A DNA stretch of 64,000 nt from the NCBI RefSeq assembly GCF_000315625.1, contig NW_005434561.1, positions 150,294 through 214,293 on the forward strand, in the 5' to 3' direction. A program made the translations under genes and the position numbers. The notes beneath the pieces were generated by a model. It did no database searches and was not told where the DNA came from. It worked only from the letters and a program-made list of their open reading frames with translations. The DNA is from Guillardia theta CCMP2712 (taxonomy: Eukaryota; Protista; Cryptophyta). Below, piece by piece: positions 8,809 through 19,505 of this stretch (position 1 is its first letter; every line of letters begins with the position of its first letter).

Positions 8809-9383
8809 ACATTGCTTCTTCGGACATTTAGAGGGCTGACAAATAAGCCCCTATTTGTTCCTTTTGGTCACGAATGGTCACGACATTGCTTCTTCGGACA
8901 TTTAGAGGGCTGACAAATAAGCCCCTATTTGTTCCTTTTGGTCACGAATGGTCACGAAAGCATTTATTCAGACCATTGTAAGAGCTGACAAATAAGCCCC
9001 TATTTGTTCCTTTTGGTCACGAATGGTCACGACGACATCGCACAGCGCATTGTAAGAGCTGACAAATAAGCCCCTATTTGTTCCTTTTGGTCACGAATGG
9101 TCACGACGACATCGCACAGCGGCATGAGCTCTCCATCTCCCCGGGCCACATCTATTCATAGAGGTTCTACGGACATATAGCTAGATATTGGGGGAGGTCA
9201 TCATATGAATGATGTATTCCCGGTAGTGTGCTAGGCTCTGACAAATATGGGGTAAATTTGCTGAACAATTATGACAAATTTGTTCAAGTTGAGCTGTAAA
9301 ATTCTGAACTTTTACTGACAAATTGTTCAATATTTGTCAAATTGGTCATGAATGGTCACGAAGCAAATACTCTTAGAGCTGAC
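8809..9383 (+). repeat. Terminal array: 49-bp conserved unit x4 plus a diverged fifth copy, separated by 25-26-bp variable spacers (att-like)
   Basis: GCTGACAAATAAGCCCCTATTTGTTCCTTTTGGTCACGAATGGTCACGA at 8835, 8909, 8984, 9058; diverged copy 9315-9361; final GCTGAC at 9378. Confidence 0.9.
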
Positions 9384-10330
9384 GGAGCAGTGGAAGGAGC
9401 TGAAGCACAACTACGCTCGGTCGTTCTAGTAGGAGGCACCGATGGCATCTTTGTGAGAGGCCGCTTATGGCACCATACAAGACTTCTGGAGGGAAAGCCG
9501 ATGGAACGTGTTTGGTCTGTTTGTTTTCAATCCGCTGCCAATTCCTACTTTCGTTGCCTAGGTTCTATGCAGCTTTGTTTGAGCTTAGCTTTGCTTGAGC
9601 TTAGCTTTGCTTGAGCTTAGCTTTGCTTGAGCTTAGCTTTGATTTTTTTTCGATTGATCATTATTAAACCTTCTTTGCTTTTTGATTACAATCCGGCCAA
9701 TGTTTGTTTGCGTGAGTTTTCCTTGAGTGGATCAGGGGATGTTGGATCTTGGTTTACACGCCTCTTTCAAGAAATCCATCACCGTGACAGCAAGGGATCT
9801 CATGACTTCGGATGACTGCGAGAAGAAGCAGAGCATTCAATCGCTGCCAGTCCTCGGTGAGGGTATTCATTCATTCTTTCTCAATACCGTTCACTCGTTT
9901 AACACTGACTGAATAGCAAGGAGAGCGATGAAGCCCGCAGAACCGCCTCAGAGAGAGATCACCGATTGACATGGGTTTAATTCGTAACGTTGTCAGCAGG
10001 CGCAATTTCTATATCCGTTCTTAAGTCACAAGCCGGGCCTTGCGCCTGCATATCCTTGGCTAATCGAGTCTCCTTCATCGCAGACCCATCCGTGTTCCGC
10101 TTCTCTCGGATTGCTTTGCGCCTTCTTCCATCCGTTATCATGCTCCCAGAAAGCGCTACGGCTGAGCTACAGGCAGCTGATGAGCGCGCATCGGGCAACA
10201 GCTCATGACAGCTGCAGATCGGGCCACCGTACACCCTCGAGCCCCTCGAGCCCTCAGAGCCGGGCGCCCAGGACGAGGCTGACGGAGCAGTGGAAGGAGC
10301 TGAAGCACAACTACGCTCGGTCGTTCTAGT
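9378..10330 (+). repeat. 53-bp identical direct repeat (9378-9430 and 10278-10330), likely the 3' end of tandem host paralogs
   Basis: GCTGACGGAGCAGTGG...CGTTCTAGT occurs twice, 900 bp apart; encodes LTEQWKELKHNYARSF-stop. Confidence 0.85.
9575..9641. repeat. 16-bp tandem repeat (CTTGAGCTTAGCTTTG) x~4
   Basis: Directly visible. Confidence 0.9.
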
Positions 10331-10931
10331 TGCAGCGATGGTTGAATACATGAGTCAAGCCAACCGTTGCTTGGACAAAGTGAAAAGCGACGTAAGGAAA
10401 TAAATGAAGCATTCATTGCATCACTCTTAACTGATCTCGTTACATGGAGCTATTGATTTAACTTGTTACGTTGAGCTATTGACTCTTGCTTGGGATAATG
10501 TGACGGTAGCTTGGGCCGAGCAGGAGGGACTAGGTGAAGGGTGGGTTCTCGGGGCATGGGAGATCGACGAACCGGATTCCCACTTTACAGCCGAGGGCCG
10601 GCATGCTGTTTCACGGACTCTGAACGGTGCTGACAGCTGGAACAGTCATTTACCTGACGAAAAAGATCGATTTCAAGGACAGTAGGCACGAAACGTTGAG
10701 TTTTGAGATTGTCACGAGGACATTGTCAGCAGCCAGAAAGTTCGAGCTTTATCTTCGTTATCATAGCCTCTTGTGCGCCTCTTATTTCACCTCCTTCCAA
10801 CTTATTTGCCGCCCCTCGCCCTGCCCGCCCCCTTGTCGTTTCTTATCAACTCCTGCCCCTACAAGCCTGCCATCGAACTTCTTACCTATCCCCATTGTGC
10901 GCTCAGTCTGTCTGAACAAGCTACGGAAACA

Positions 10932-11267
10932 ATGCACGTCTCTCCTACTCCTGTCGACTCCTTCCTCTCCTTCTACGGCTTCTCCCCCTCGACTTCCGTG
11001 GTCTCCACTCCTGATAACCTCGTCACTGACTTCACCGATATACCCGACGAGCTCAAGGATGCTCTTTCCTGTGACTGCAACGATTGTGAATGTCCGGCGC
11101 TTCCATCCTGCCCTTCTCAGATCGCTCCCTGCAAGGACCACGGCAAGCCTTCCTATCGCGAGTACGTGCGGTCGAGAAGAGAGAGGTGCAGTCGACGCCA
11201 ATCAGCGACAGGGTCGTGGATGGAAAGCTGGAGGGTACGGTCGGACTTATTCCGGCGATCATTCTAG
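10932..11267 (+). CDS. Short hypothetical host protein ending W...RRSF
   Basis: ATG in ACAATG context; C-terminus resembles the W...ARSF-stop ends at 9429 and 10329, suggesting a local gene family. Confidence 0.45.
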   Translation: MHVSPTPVDSFLSFYGFSPSTSVVSTPDNLVTDFTDIPDELKDALSCDCNDCECPALPSCPSQIAPCKDHGKPSYREYVRSRRERCSRRQSATGSWMESWRVRSDLFRRSF

Positions 11268-11576
11268 CCAGACGAAGGGTCAGAAAGTGAAATAGGAGGC
11301 ACCTGTAGCGTTAGTGTAAAGTAAGTTGTTGTACACTATGTCTTTTGTGTCATTTGCCCGTTCTTACAAACTGATGATGGAAGGAAAGTAGGTGAAGCTT
11401 ATTCAATCAACAGAAGATCTTTTATGTGTTCTGACATTTACAACAACACTCCGCTCATCGCGGATCTGATCCGTTGAATTATTTCACAACATCAAACGTA
11501 GAACATCAAACGAAAGCATGTACAAGAGGTGCTAGTTCACGAGTTGAGATCGAGCAAACAAGTCACGAGCGAACAA

Positions 11577-14255
11577 CTACTCAGTGATGGAGTCGATGAA
11601 ACGGCAGAACCTGATCGCGTACTTGGCTGGTGGCTGGGAGGAGCATCCTCCTCCTTCGGAACCTTCGAAAGTCTGACAGCCAAGTCACTCGTACACGAGG
11701 CGAGGGATGAGAGTTGGAGAGGGACAAGCAGGAGGAGGAGCCTCACCGTCTTCCACATCCTCTCCAACTTCTTCCTGCGGGTGTAGAGCATGAGGATGTC
11801 GATTATGCCCATGAAGTATCGCTCGCCTACCAGCACATTAGGAAGCTCTCAACCTTGACCTCTCCCACGTTCCCCTACCGGTAAAACTGCCGTCCGCCAT
11901 GCACCCCTCGACTCCTCCCTGCGACACATTGCCATGAGATAGGGAAGAGATGATACAAATTTTTCCGGTCCTACCGCGTTGAATCTTCCAGGGTCCCCGA
12001 TGTCCTGCTGAGGAGAGAAGACAAGTCAGATACTGGAGGAGGAGGTTCGAGTGCTGACCATGGCCATGTTCTCGCTGTGCATGTCTTCGTGCGTCCTGTC
12101 GTCTTGATAGATCGACTGCGGCGCTGTCCCTCCCGGCAACCCGATCGTCGAGCTTCGCCCATATTGCTCCTGGTCTCTCTCATGGATGCCGAGAAGGAGA
12201 CTGTAGTCCATGATCTTCAAGCTCATCAGGAAGTGACAGTCCGATCTGATCTGATCCATGAAAGCTTTCTTCCTCTGAGGCCCGAGCTTGATCTTGACCC
12301 CCATCTCCTTGATGTCCAGGTCCTTGAGGATTGCTCGAGGACCCTTGGCCTTGTCAGCTTCAGAGGCTGCTCGTCCTAACGTGCTGCCCTTGAGGTCAAA
12401 CCGCCGATGGATCGCCAGGTTGGTAGCGTACACGTTGTTCATCACCACAAAGCGTACATTCCTCCCATACTCTGGTTTCCACCGATGCAGCCCGTAGAAG
12501 CGCGGCAGGTAAGTCCCCGGGTTCTGACGGACGTGTTGGAAGTAGTTGGGCAGGATCTCGAGCAGGAGCTTTGCCTCTCGTTTCGGGAGGGTCTTGACGA
12601 TGAACTTCATGTCATTGCTGAAGAAGAAGAGAGAGCCGCTCTTCCCGGGCGTCCCCATGATCCTCAACGCGTTACTACCATCCGCCTGCGTGTTGCACAG
12701 AGCCACCATGTAGTCAGCCGTGTCGATGTCGAAGATGGCGCGCAAGCTGCGGAAGACAGCAGGAGCGTAGTCCTTGAACTTGAACGCAGGGCCCTCGTGC
12801 GGAGGTGTTATGCTGCTCCCCCCCGTCGGAAACTTGAGCTTCACCTGTTCACATCATTTCACTGCGGCAGCTTGTGAAGGGGAGGCTGCTCAGCATCACC
12901 GTCTCGTGGAAGGCTTCGAACTCCGGCTCGTCCTCCTTCGAGATGCCATGGTTGTTCATCCCCACGTTCACCCGAATCCCCAGCTGAGGTAGAGCATCAG
13001 TTTTCACGTGACGAGGAGGAGGAGGGGGTTCAAAGGCTGCAAAAAGGGGGGGTTCACAAGCACAAACCTGCAGCCCGCAGGCCATCTCCCATGCGACATG
13101 CCCTTTCCTGTCGACTATCTGCAGGTGGGATCAGCAGGGGGATGGGGGTCGACCTACCCTACCTCTCCAACTTCGTTCAGTTTGTGAACTTTCATGTGCT
13201 TTCGCTCCCACAGCCCGCCTTGCCTGGGGAACATACATGTCAATTCGCCGCAGCCAGCATTCTTTGGCGGAAAAGTCTCATGTGACATGTTCACGCACTG
13301 TCACCTGCTCTTTGAAGATCTCTTCTCCCTGCTCCTCAAGTTGGTGCCACTGCCGACCCTGCGCTTGCCCTCGTATTCGCCGTCGCTCTTTGAGGTATAT
13401 CCACCGTCTTCATCATCCCCTGCTCTCGCCTTCAGCCGTCGCTTTCACTCCTCCTAACAGGATACGGACCTGAGTCTGACATGTGCCCTTTCCTCTCCTT
13501 GGAAGAGGAGGCTGTTCGTGAGAACTCTACATTTCCAGCAGGGAAATGATCTTTCTTGTAGTATCCTTGAGGACCGTCACGGGGTATCAAGGCAAACATT
13601 ATTCTTTCTCACCTGCTCTGCTGTGATTTCTTTCCCCACCACGAAAGTCTCTATCATCTGTTATCTCGTTCCCGACCTCCATAGGAGCAGGTCGAAGGTA
13701 GATCCGAGAATCGCCAAGCTGCGCGTGGCTGGTTCCCTTCTTGTAGTGGATGGGACCTTCTCCTCCCTCCTCTCCGTCCCAGTCACCCTTGCTCGGCGCA
13801 TGCGGCTTCAAGTACTGCTCTGTTTCGTTGGTCACGTACACGAAGGGCCTGTTCCGCTCGCTCGTCTTGGGAGGAGGCAGGTGAATGTCGCTGGGGTGAG
13901 GGGGGACAGCGGCTGTCGAGATGTGACTAGGGGCAAAAGAAAGGATTGATGTTTCCTCGTACCAGCAATCACCGTGGAGCCGTCAGAAGGCACGACTGGG
14001 TTGTGGTCTGCCAAGTTAGTCTTGAAGTCGACAGCCACTGAGCAAGCAAGAAAATGTCAGGAAGTACAACAAGTAACTCTTAGATCACCAGGGTGATGGG
14101 ACGGAGAGTGCGGCGGGACGAGGGTGTGGGAGGCTGACGAAGAGTTTTCTTGCGTGATCAGACTGTGGGAATTTTCATTCCCATCTTTACACAGACATGC
14201 AAACATACCGAAAACCTTCGCTGGGCCTCAAAACTCCGGACTTGTCATAGACCAT
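11577..14255 (-). CDS. Phosphatidylinositol-phosphate kinase (PIP5K family), multi-exon
   Basis: FKFKDYAPAVFRSLR, GKSGSLFFFS.D.KFIVKT, YLPRFYGL, RFDLKGST, LKDLD, IMDYSLLLGIH, YFMGIIDIL, P.KYAIRFCRFI; GT-AG introns; 5' boundary approximate. Confidence 0.92.
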
Positions 14256-15356
14256 GCTCTGTGCTATCGGGGTAGCAGGATGTAACTTGAATTCAATTTC
14301 AGGGGCAAGGCCAGTTTGAAATGAAATTAGACGTACGGCAGTGAAGGTGCTGATGCTTGAGGCGACGAGTCGAGCTCTCTGAATCGCCTCCTCCTACACA
14401 TCAGATTAGGAGCGAAGAAAGGAGCTCGCTTCCTCCAGTTCTACATCGGTCTCCACTCCTCAACTCTGATTCCTCCTCCATCCCTGGCCTCCCGTACTTC
14501 CCTCTCCACCTTATTCATCGTCCATTCCTTGCCATCTCACCTGCCGAGCCATCGCCTGCTCCCTGAGCCTCATCGCGTCCTCCTTCACCTCCGCCGCTGT
14601 ACGCGCGTCCGGCATTGTGGGGGAGTTTACTCTGAGTCCCACTGTTCCCACCCGTCGGTTTAAGACGGGTGGGGTACAAGTTAAAGAGAAATGACCGGGT
14701 AGATAACCTCAAATAAAGACTAAAATCAAGGGTTGGGGTGCTTTTTGTACCGGTAGTGTTTCCCTCCATACTCTTGCCGTGACGGGTGGAAGCATGTGCC
14801 TATATGAGAACTGGGGTGGCCAGCTCTAGGTAGTATTAAAAAAGAGGGTAGGGGGTGATACCTTTGAATGTACAATCACAGAGGTATCTAGTAATTGAAA
14901 ATATGTTATGACTATACTTAAATAATTTTCATGGAGGACTAGGAAGTCAGTTCACAAACTTTTGTTTTACAAGTTTGATGTGGGGGTGGATGTTAATTTT
15001 GGGAATTATGGGGTAGGGTGCCCTTTTCAGCACCGGTCCTCTAGAATCCACTTTGCAGAACGAACTTGGAGTGCTGCTGTAGGGGGTAGTCTATCATGGT
15101 ACCCGTACAGTCAGACACCCTGTTTTTGCAGTAAATCAGAGGGGTGGCTGGAGGGGTGGAGGTGGCTCAGATGAGAATGAGGGGGATGAGATAGTTGAAT
15201 GCGCGGGGATGAGGTTACCAAGAGGGTTTGGTGGGGGATGAGGGCCACTCCCAGACTGGCCGTTACAGTCTGGGATGTGTCAGGGAGAGGAGAAGGAGCA
15301 GGCGGAGAAGGAGGAGGAGTAGGAGGAGAAGAAGGAGAAGAAGCAGGAGGAGGAGA

Positions 15357-15424
15357 ATCAAGATCAAGATCAAGATCAAGATCAAGATCAAGATCAAGAT
15401 CAAGATCAAGATCAAGATCAAGAT
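15357..15424. repeat. (AAGATC)n microsatellite
   Basis: About 11 perfect units. Confidence 0.95.
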
Positions 15425-15611
15425 ATCACAACGAGGGGAGAAGAAGGAAAGGGAAGGATTGAGCGGTTGAGCAGTGAGGGAAGGAAATTTTCAAAAAAGG
15501 ACCGATGGGGGCAGCGAGCAAGGATAGTTGCTTCTAGACGAAAGCAGATCGGATTTATCGAAGAGCAACAACAGGCAGGTTGATCTCTCCGTAGCTCACT
15601 TCTCCAGAGCG

Positions 15612-17682
15612 ATGAGCGTCAACTGGGTGGGAAGCAAGGCGAGGGCGAGTGCTGGGATGCCTGACACCGAAAGAAAGCATCAGAATGATATGCTTTCCTC
15701 CAAGAGCAACGACGAGCTCAGATACGGAGACAGCATCGTGCTGCTGGCAGAGCGCATCTTTGGCTTCCTTCAGGCATCGCCGATGAAGAACGAGGAGAAC
15801 CAGCTGCTCATACGACCGATCGATGCTAGCCAGGGCCTGAGAACAAGCACCGTCGATCTTGAAACGTTTCAGGTACAAACGTGTCACGAGTACGAAGCAC
15901 AAGACAGGCTACAAGAATTCCTTGTTAAGCACGGCTTGCACCATCCCTCCGATGTTGCAAGGCTTGACGAGGACCAGAAGGCATTCCTCGAGGAGGTTCA
16001 AAATCTCGCTGAGGAGGAGATCAAGGGCAACGAAGAGCGCCAGCTGTTTCATCTCGGCCGGCCGATCAGATATGGAGACCCCTTTCAGCTTCTTCATGTC
16101 AAGGTGACCTGATCCTCCCCCTCCACCTGCTCTCTGACTGACATGATCGCGTGCTTACAGACCCGGCTCTTTGTCACGCTAGAGAATCACAGCATCAAGG
16201 TCTCCTTGTCCACCAAGTTCCCCAGCTCGTCGAGGAGCTCGTTCGCCTTCCATCTCACTGAGGGGCAGAAGGGAAGCCAGTTCATCTTCGACACTCCAGC
16301 TCGTCTAGAGCTGGGAGTCTCGCAGGAGGGGGTAGTTCGCCCAGGGGACGCGGTGGTCCTCGAGTCCATTGCGTATGAGGGTAAGAGGCTATCAGCGCTC
16401 AAGAGACAGGGAGAGAACGTCTGGTCCATCCACGCGTCCGACGACGACCCTTGCGAGCTCACCATACAAGTGCAGGCGCAGGCGAAACCAGCACTCAGCG
16501 GAAGCTCTCTCAAGTACAACTCGCTTTCACAGGCGACAGCGAGCGCAAAGAAGGAGCTCGAGGCGTCGCTGCACGTGGTAGAAGAGCGGAGACAAGGGAT
16601 CGCTCGTGAAATGGCCCTGCTGGACATGCGGCTGACGGACGTGAACAAAGGGTTTGACCAGATGGTTCTGCAGATGATGCTTCACTTCCAGGAGCTACAC
16701 CAGGCGCTTGAAGCGCGCGAGAACCAACTGCTCTCTGAGGCGAGGAAGAGGATTATGGAGAAAGTCACCTACCTCAAGGAGAGGAGGGAGGAGCTGTCCA
16801 AGGCCAATGATGAAGCCGACAACGGTATCCAGTTCGCCTCCAAGGTCCTGGCTATGGACAACGACGTGGAGATGCTGCAGATGCAGCCGCACGTGATGAG
16901 GAGGCTGAGCTCTGTCAAAGGAGCCGTACACACTTCCTCCCTCCCCACAGAGAACCTGACCTTCCGCTACACCTACAACGAAAGGCTGATCGACTCCATC
17001 GGCGAGCATGGAGAAATTTTCATTGGGAGTGCGCACGAGGAGCGAGCAGTTCCGTCGTCTAAGAGAGCCGCGCGTCCTTCCTCAGCGCATGCTGCTGCTC
17101 GATCGAGTGAGGCAGAACCTCCGAGGCCGTCCAGTGCCATCCATGATGGGGGCACTAAGAGCACAAGCAAGCAAAAGGAGAAGATCGGAAAGCAGCTGCA
17201 ATTCTGGCATGGCTCCGACCATCCGGCTCTTGGCGAGTGGCTCTCAGATCTGCGACAGAGCGGAGACAGCATCCGAAAGAGCAAGAGTGCCAACGACTCG
17301 TACAACAAGAAAACGGTGAGGAGCTTTTGCATGGCTGCTGCTGCCGCCACTGACCTGGTCCCTTCCACTTTAGCGCATCTCTGCTTCTTTCAGTGGGAAG
17401 ACAAGAGGATCCAAGTCAACGGACAGGAGAGGTTCATGATCGCTTGCTGACTCGCCTTTGTTGTTGACCCACCCCACAGAAACGTCGATGGATGGGAGGA
17501 GGAGAGCAGTAGACAGTTCAGCTGCTTTCGACGCGTCCATGGCCGACTTGTCGCTCGACTCCAAGAGCCATCGGCAAAGCTCGGACATCAAGAGGATGCA
17601 CGAGAGAATGACGCTTGCTTCAATGTCCAAGATCACCCCAAAGCGGACAAGTGCCCCTCTCCGAGATTACTACGAAGGATAA
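15612..17682 (+). CDS. Protein with IP3/ryanodine-receptor N-terminal (beta-trefoil) domain plus TRIM-like coiled coil, multi-exon
   Basis: LRYGDSIVL, FQV...EYEAQ, NEE....LGRPIRYGDPFQLLHVK, EGVVRPGDAVVLES; then LHQALEARENQLL...VEMLQ coiled coil; introns at ~16105-16160 and ~17317-17480. Confidence 0.7.
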
Positions 17683-17907
17683 GAAAAGAATAAGAAAAGA
17701 ATTATTCATTTGAGTAAATGACGCTATCGTCAGTAGACTCCGATTCTCACATCTAGAAGTCTTTCATAGAAAGGTTTGATAGTTACTCTGCAGGTCTTCC
17801 AGGCAGGGGCTACAGGAGACAGACCGTCTTTCGACGCTACCAGCGAATTCCAACGTTATTTCAAGGACTGGGGCTACACAAAAAAATTCATACTTTCGCG
17901 CGTTTCT

Positions 17908-18574
17908 TTAGTTCTTGCCCTGCACCGAAGGGTTACATGAAGGTCTGTTCAATCTTAGGCAAGCTCACAGAAGCTTTGCTTGCCTCAGCTGGCGTTCCCT
18001 TCCCCTTGTGCAGCACCGTTTGCTTCGTCTCAGCCTAACCCAATATCAGCGTCGGTGTCATCAAGTTGCGGAAGCAGGAAACCTTAGTCTCTGCCGTCGT
18101 CGGTTGAGCCTCCTTGTCATTATCTCCCTTAGCCAACAAGTCCTTTGCATCCTTCTGCTCCTCAGGTGTCTTAGCCGCAGACATCACTTTCTTCGCTGCC
18201 TCTTCCAAGAGATGCTTGGTATTGACTGGCGGCATGTAGTTCTTGGCGCACTCGAGCACTTTGTCTCTCACGTCAGGAGGGAGCTTTCTTGGCGTGTCGT
18301 CGCCTGTTATTTTCTTTGCGCACAACATGACTTGCTGTTTCTCTACCTCCTCAAGCTGCTGCTTCCCCTTCAGCGAAAACTTCTTTACCCCTTTCCCAGA
18401 TTTGGCCTGAAGTGCTTTCATCCTGTCCTTCACCACCTTACCATGCTGCGACGCCCCCCCACTTCGGTTCTCGAGCATCTCTGAAGTTTCACCGGCATGA
18501 TCGAGTGATACGAGGCAGATGCCGGCCACCAGCAGCATGGCACAGCCAACCACTGCTACCTGCCGCCACGCCAT
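17908..18574 (-). CDS. Hypothetical secreted/signal-anchored Lys-rich protein
   Basis: N-terminal hydrophobic MAWRQVAVVGCAMLLVAGICLVSL; long open frame; short terminal exon inferred. Confidence 0.6.
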
Positions 18575-19505
18575 GGCTATATCGGGCGCTAAGCGAAAGC
18601 TGGCTGACCAGATAGTCGGAGATCTCACTCTCAGTGCTCACGGCCGACGGGCCCCGGTCAGGACCCGGCGCGGGCTCACCCAAGAAAGCCAATGATCCAC
18701 GTTATCACCCCCACCCCCTCCTACCATCACCCCACCTCCTTCCCCAAAGTCTGGAGAGTGTGGTTTTATCACCCCCAAATATTCCTTTATTTTGAGACAT
18801 ATCAATAGGTAGGGGTAGTGACCCCCCCGGAAAGGAGCCTCATGGATTTTACCCCCCAGCTGGCACCAATGGCGTCTCCCCCCATGGCCTGACTTGTGTC
18901 ATGCCGCTGCCGCTGATGACACTTCTACTCCTCCAGCTCATCGTCTCCTGCTGCTCCTCGTCTCATGCTGCTCTTCGTCTCCTCGTGCTCCTCGTCTCCT
19001 CGTGCTCCTTGTCTCGTCCTCCTACTGCACTGACTCCTGCCCATTATCGTTCCTGAGCTCGTCGGCGGCTTGATGTCCTGTCTCCTTGTGCCCCATCGCC
19101 TCACGTGTGAAAATCTTTTGCTCCTGTCTTATAATCCATCAACACCATCGTATGCCCTCATTCCTTCCTTCTCTCCGCTTTTCTCTATCGCATCTCGTCC
19201 TTTCCCTGGTGATTTTCTGCATCACCTCCCCATTCCTCTCTGTCGAACTCTTGGTAACCACCTGCTCCTTCACGTTCTTCATCGCTCTTCATCCCTCCTC
19301 TTGCCTCACTCGTCGTCCTATCACACGAAGATAACATGATGACTCTCGCTTCGAGTTCGTGTCCTCAAACCTAACCCGTATCTTGATCTGATTGGTTTCG
19401 CATAGGTCGTGATGCTCGCATCACAGTTGCGCATCCTGTGACGACCATCTGCCGTTGACTTGGTTGCTGGATGAGCAGCAGCCGATAGCTGAGAGGAGAC
19501 ACACA

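Larger units (their letters stand above)
1..9383. mobile_element. Integrated Polinton-like virus (endogenous dsDNA virus), right part; left end lies upstream of the window
   Basis: AT-rich, intronless, densely packed ORFs unlike the flanking GC-rich intron-containing host DNA; penton-like protein, D5-like SF3 helicase, tyrosine recombinase, DUF5754-like and SLATT-like genes; ends in a repeat array at a sharp junction (GCTGAC, 9378-9383). Major capsid protein and packaging ATPase are not in this window. Confidence 0.88.

Noticed and set aside
8809-9383. Bona fide CRISPR array
   Set aside because: No cas genes, eukaryotic viral context, repeats longer than spacers, and spacers duplicated or partly related; kept as an att-like array instead.
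14590-15170. Named transposon in intergenic G/C-run-rich blocks (also 18700-18860, 32900-33540, 49540-50000)
   Set aside because: They look like repeat remnants, but no TIR pair, TSD or coding motif could be established by eye.
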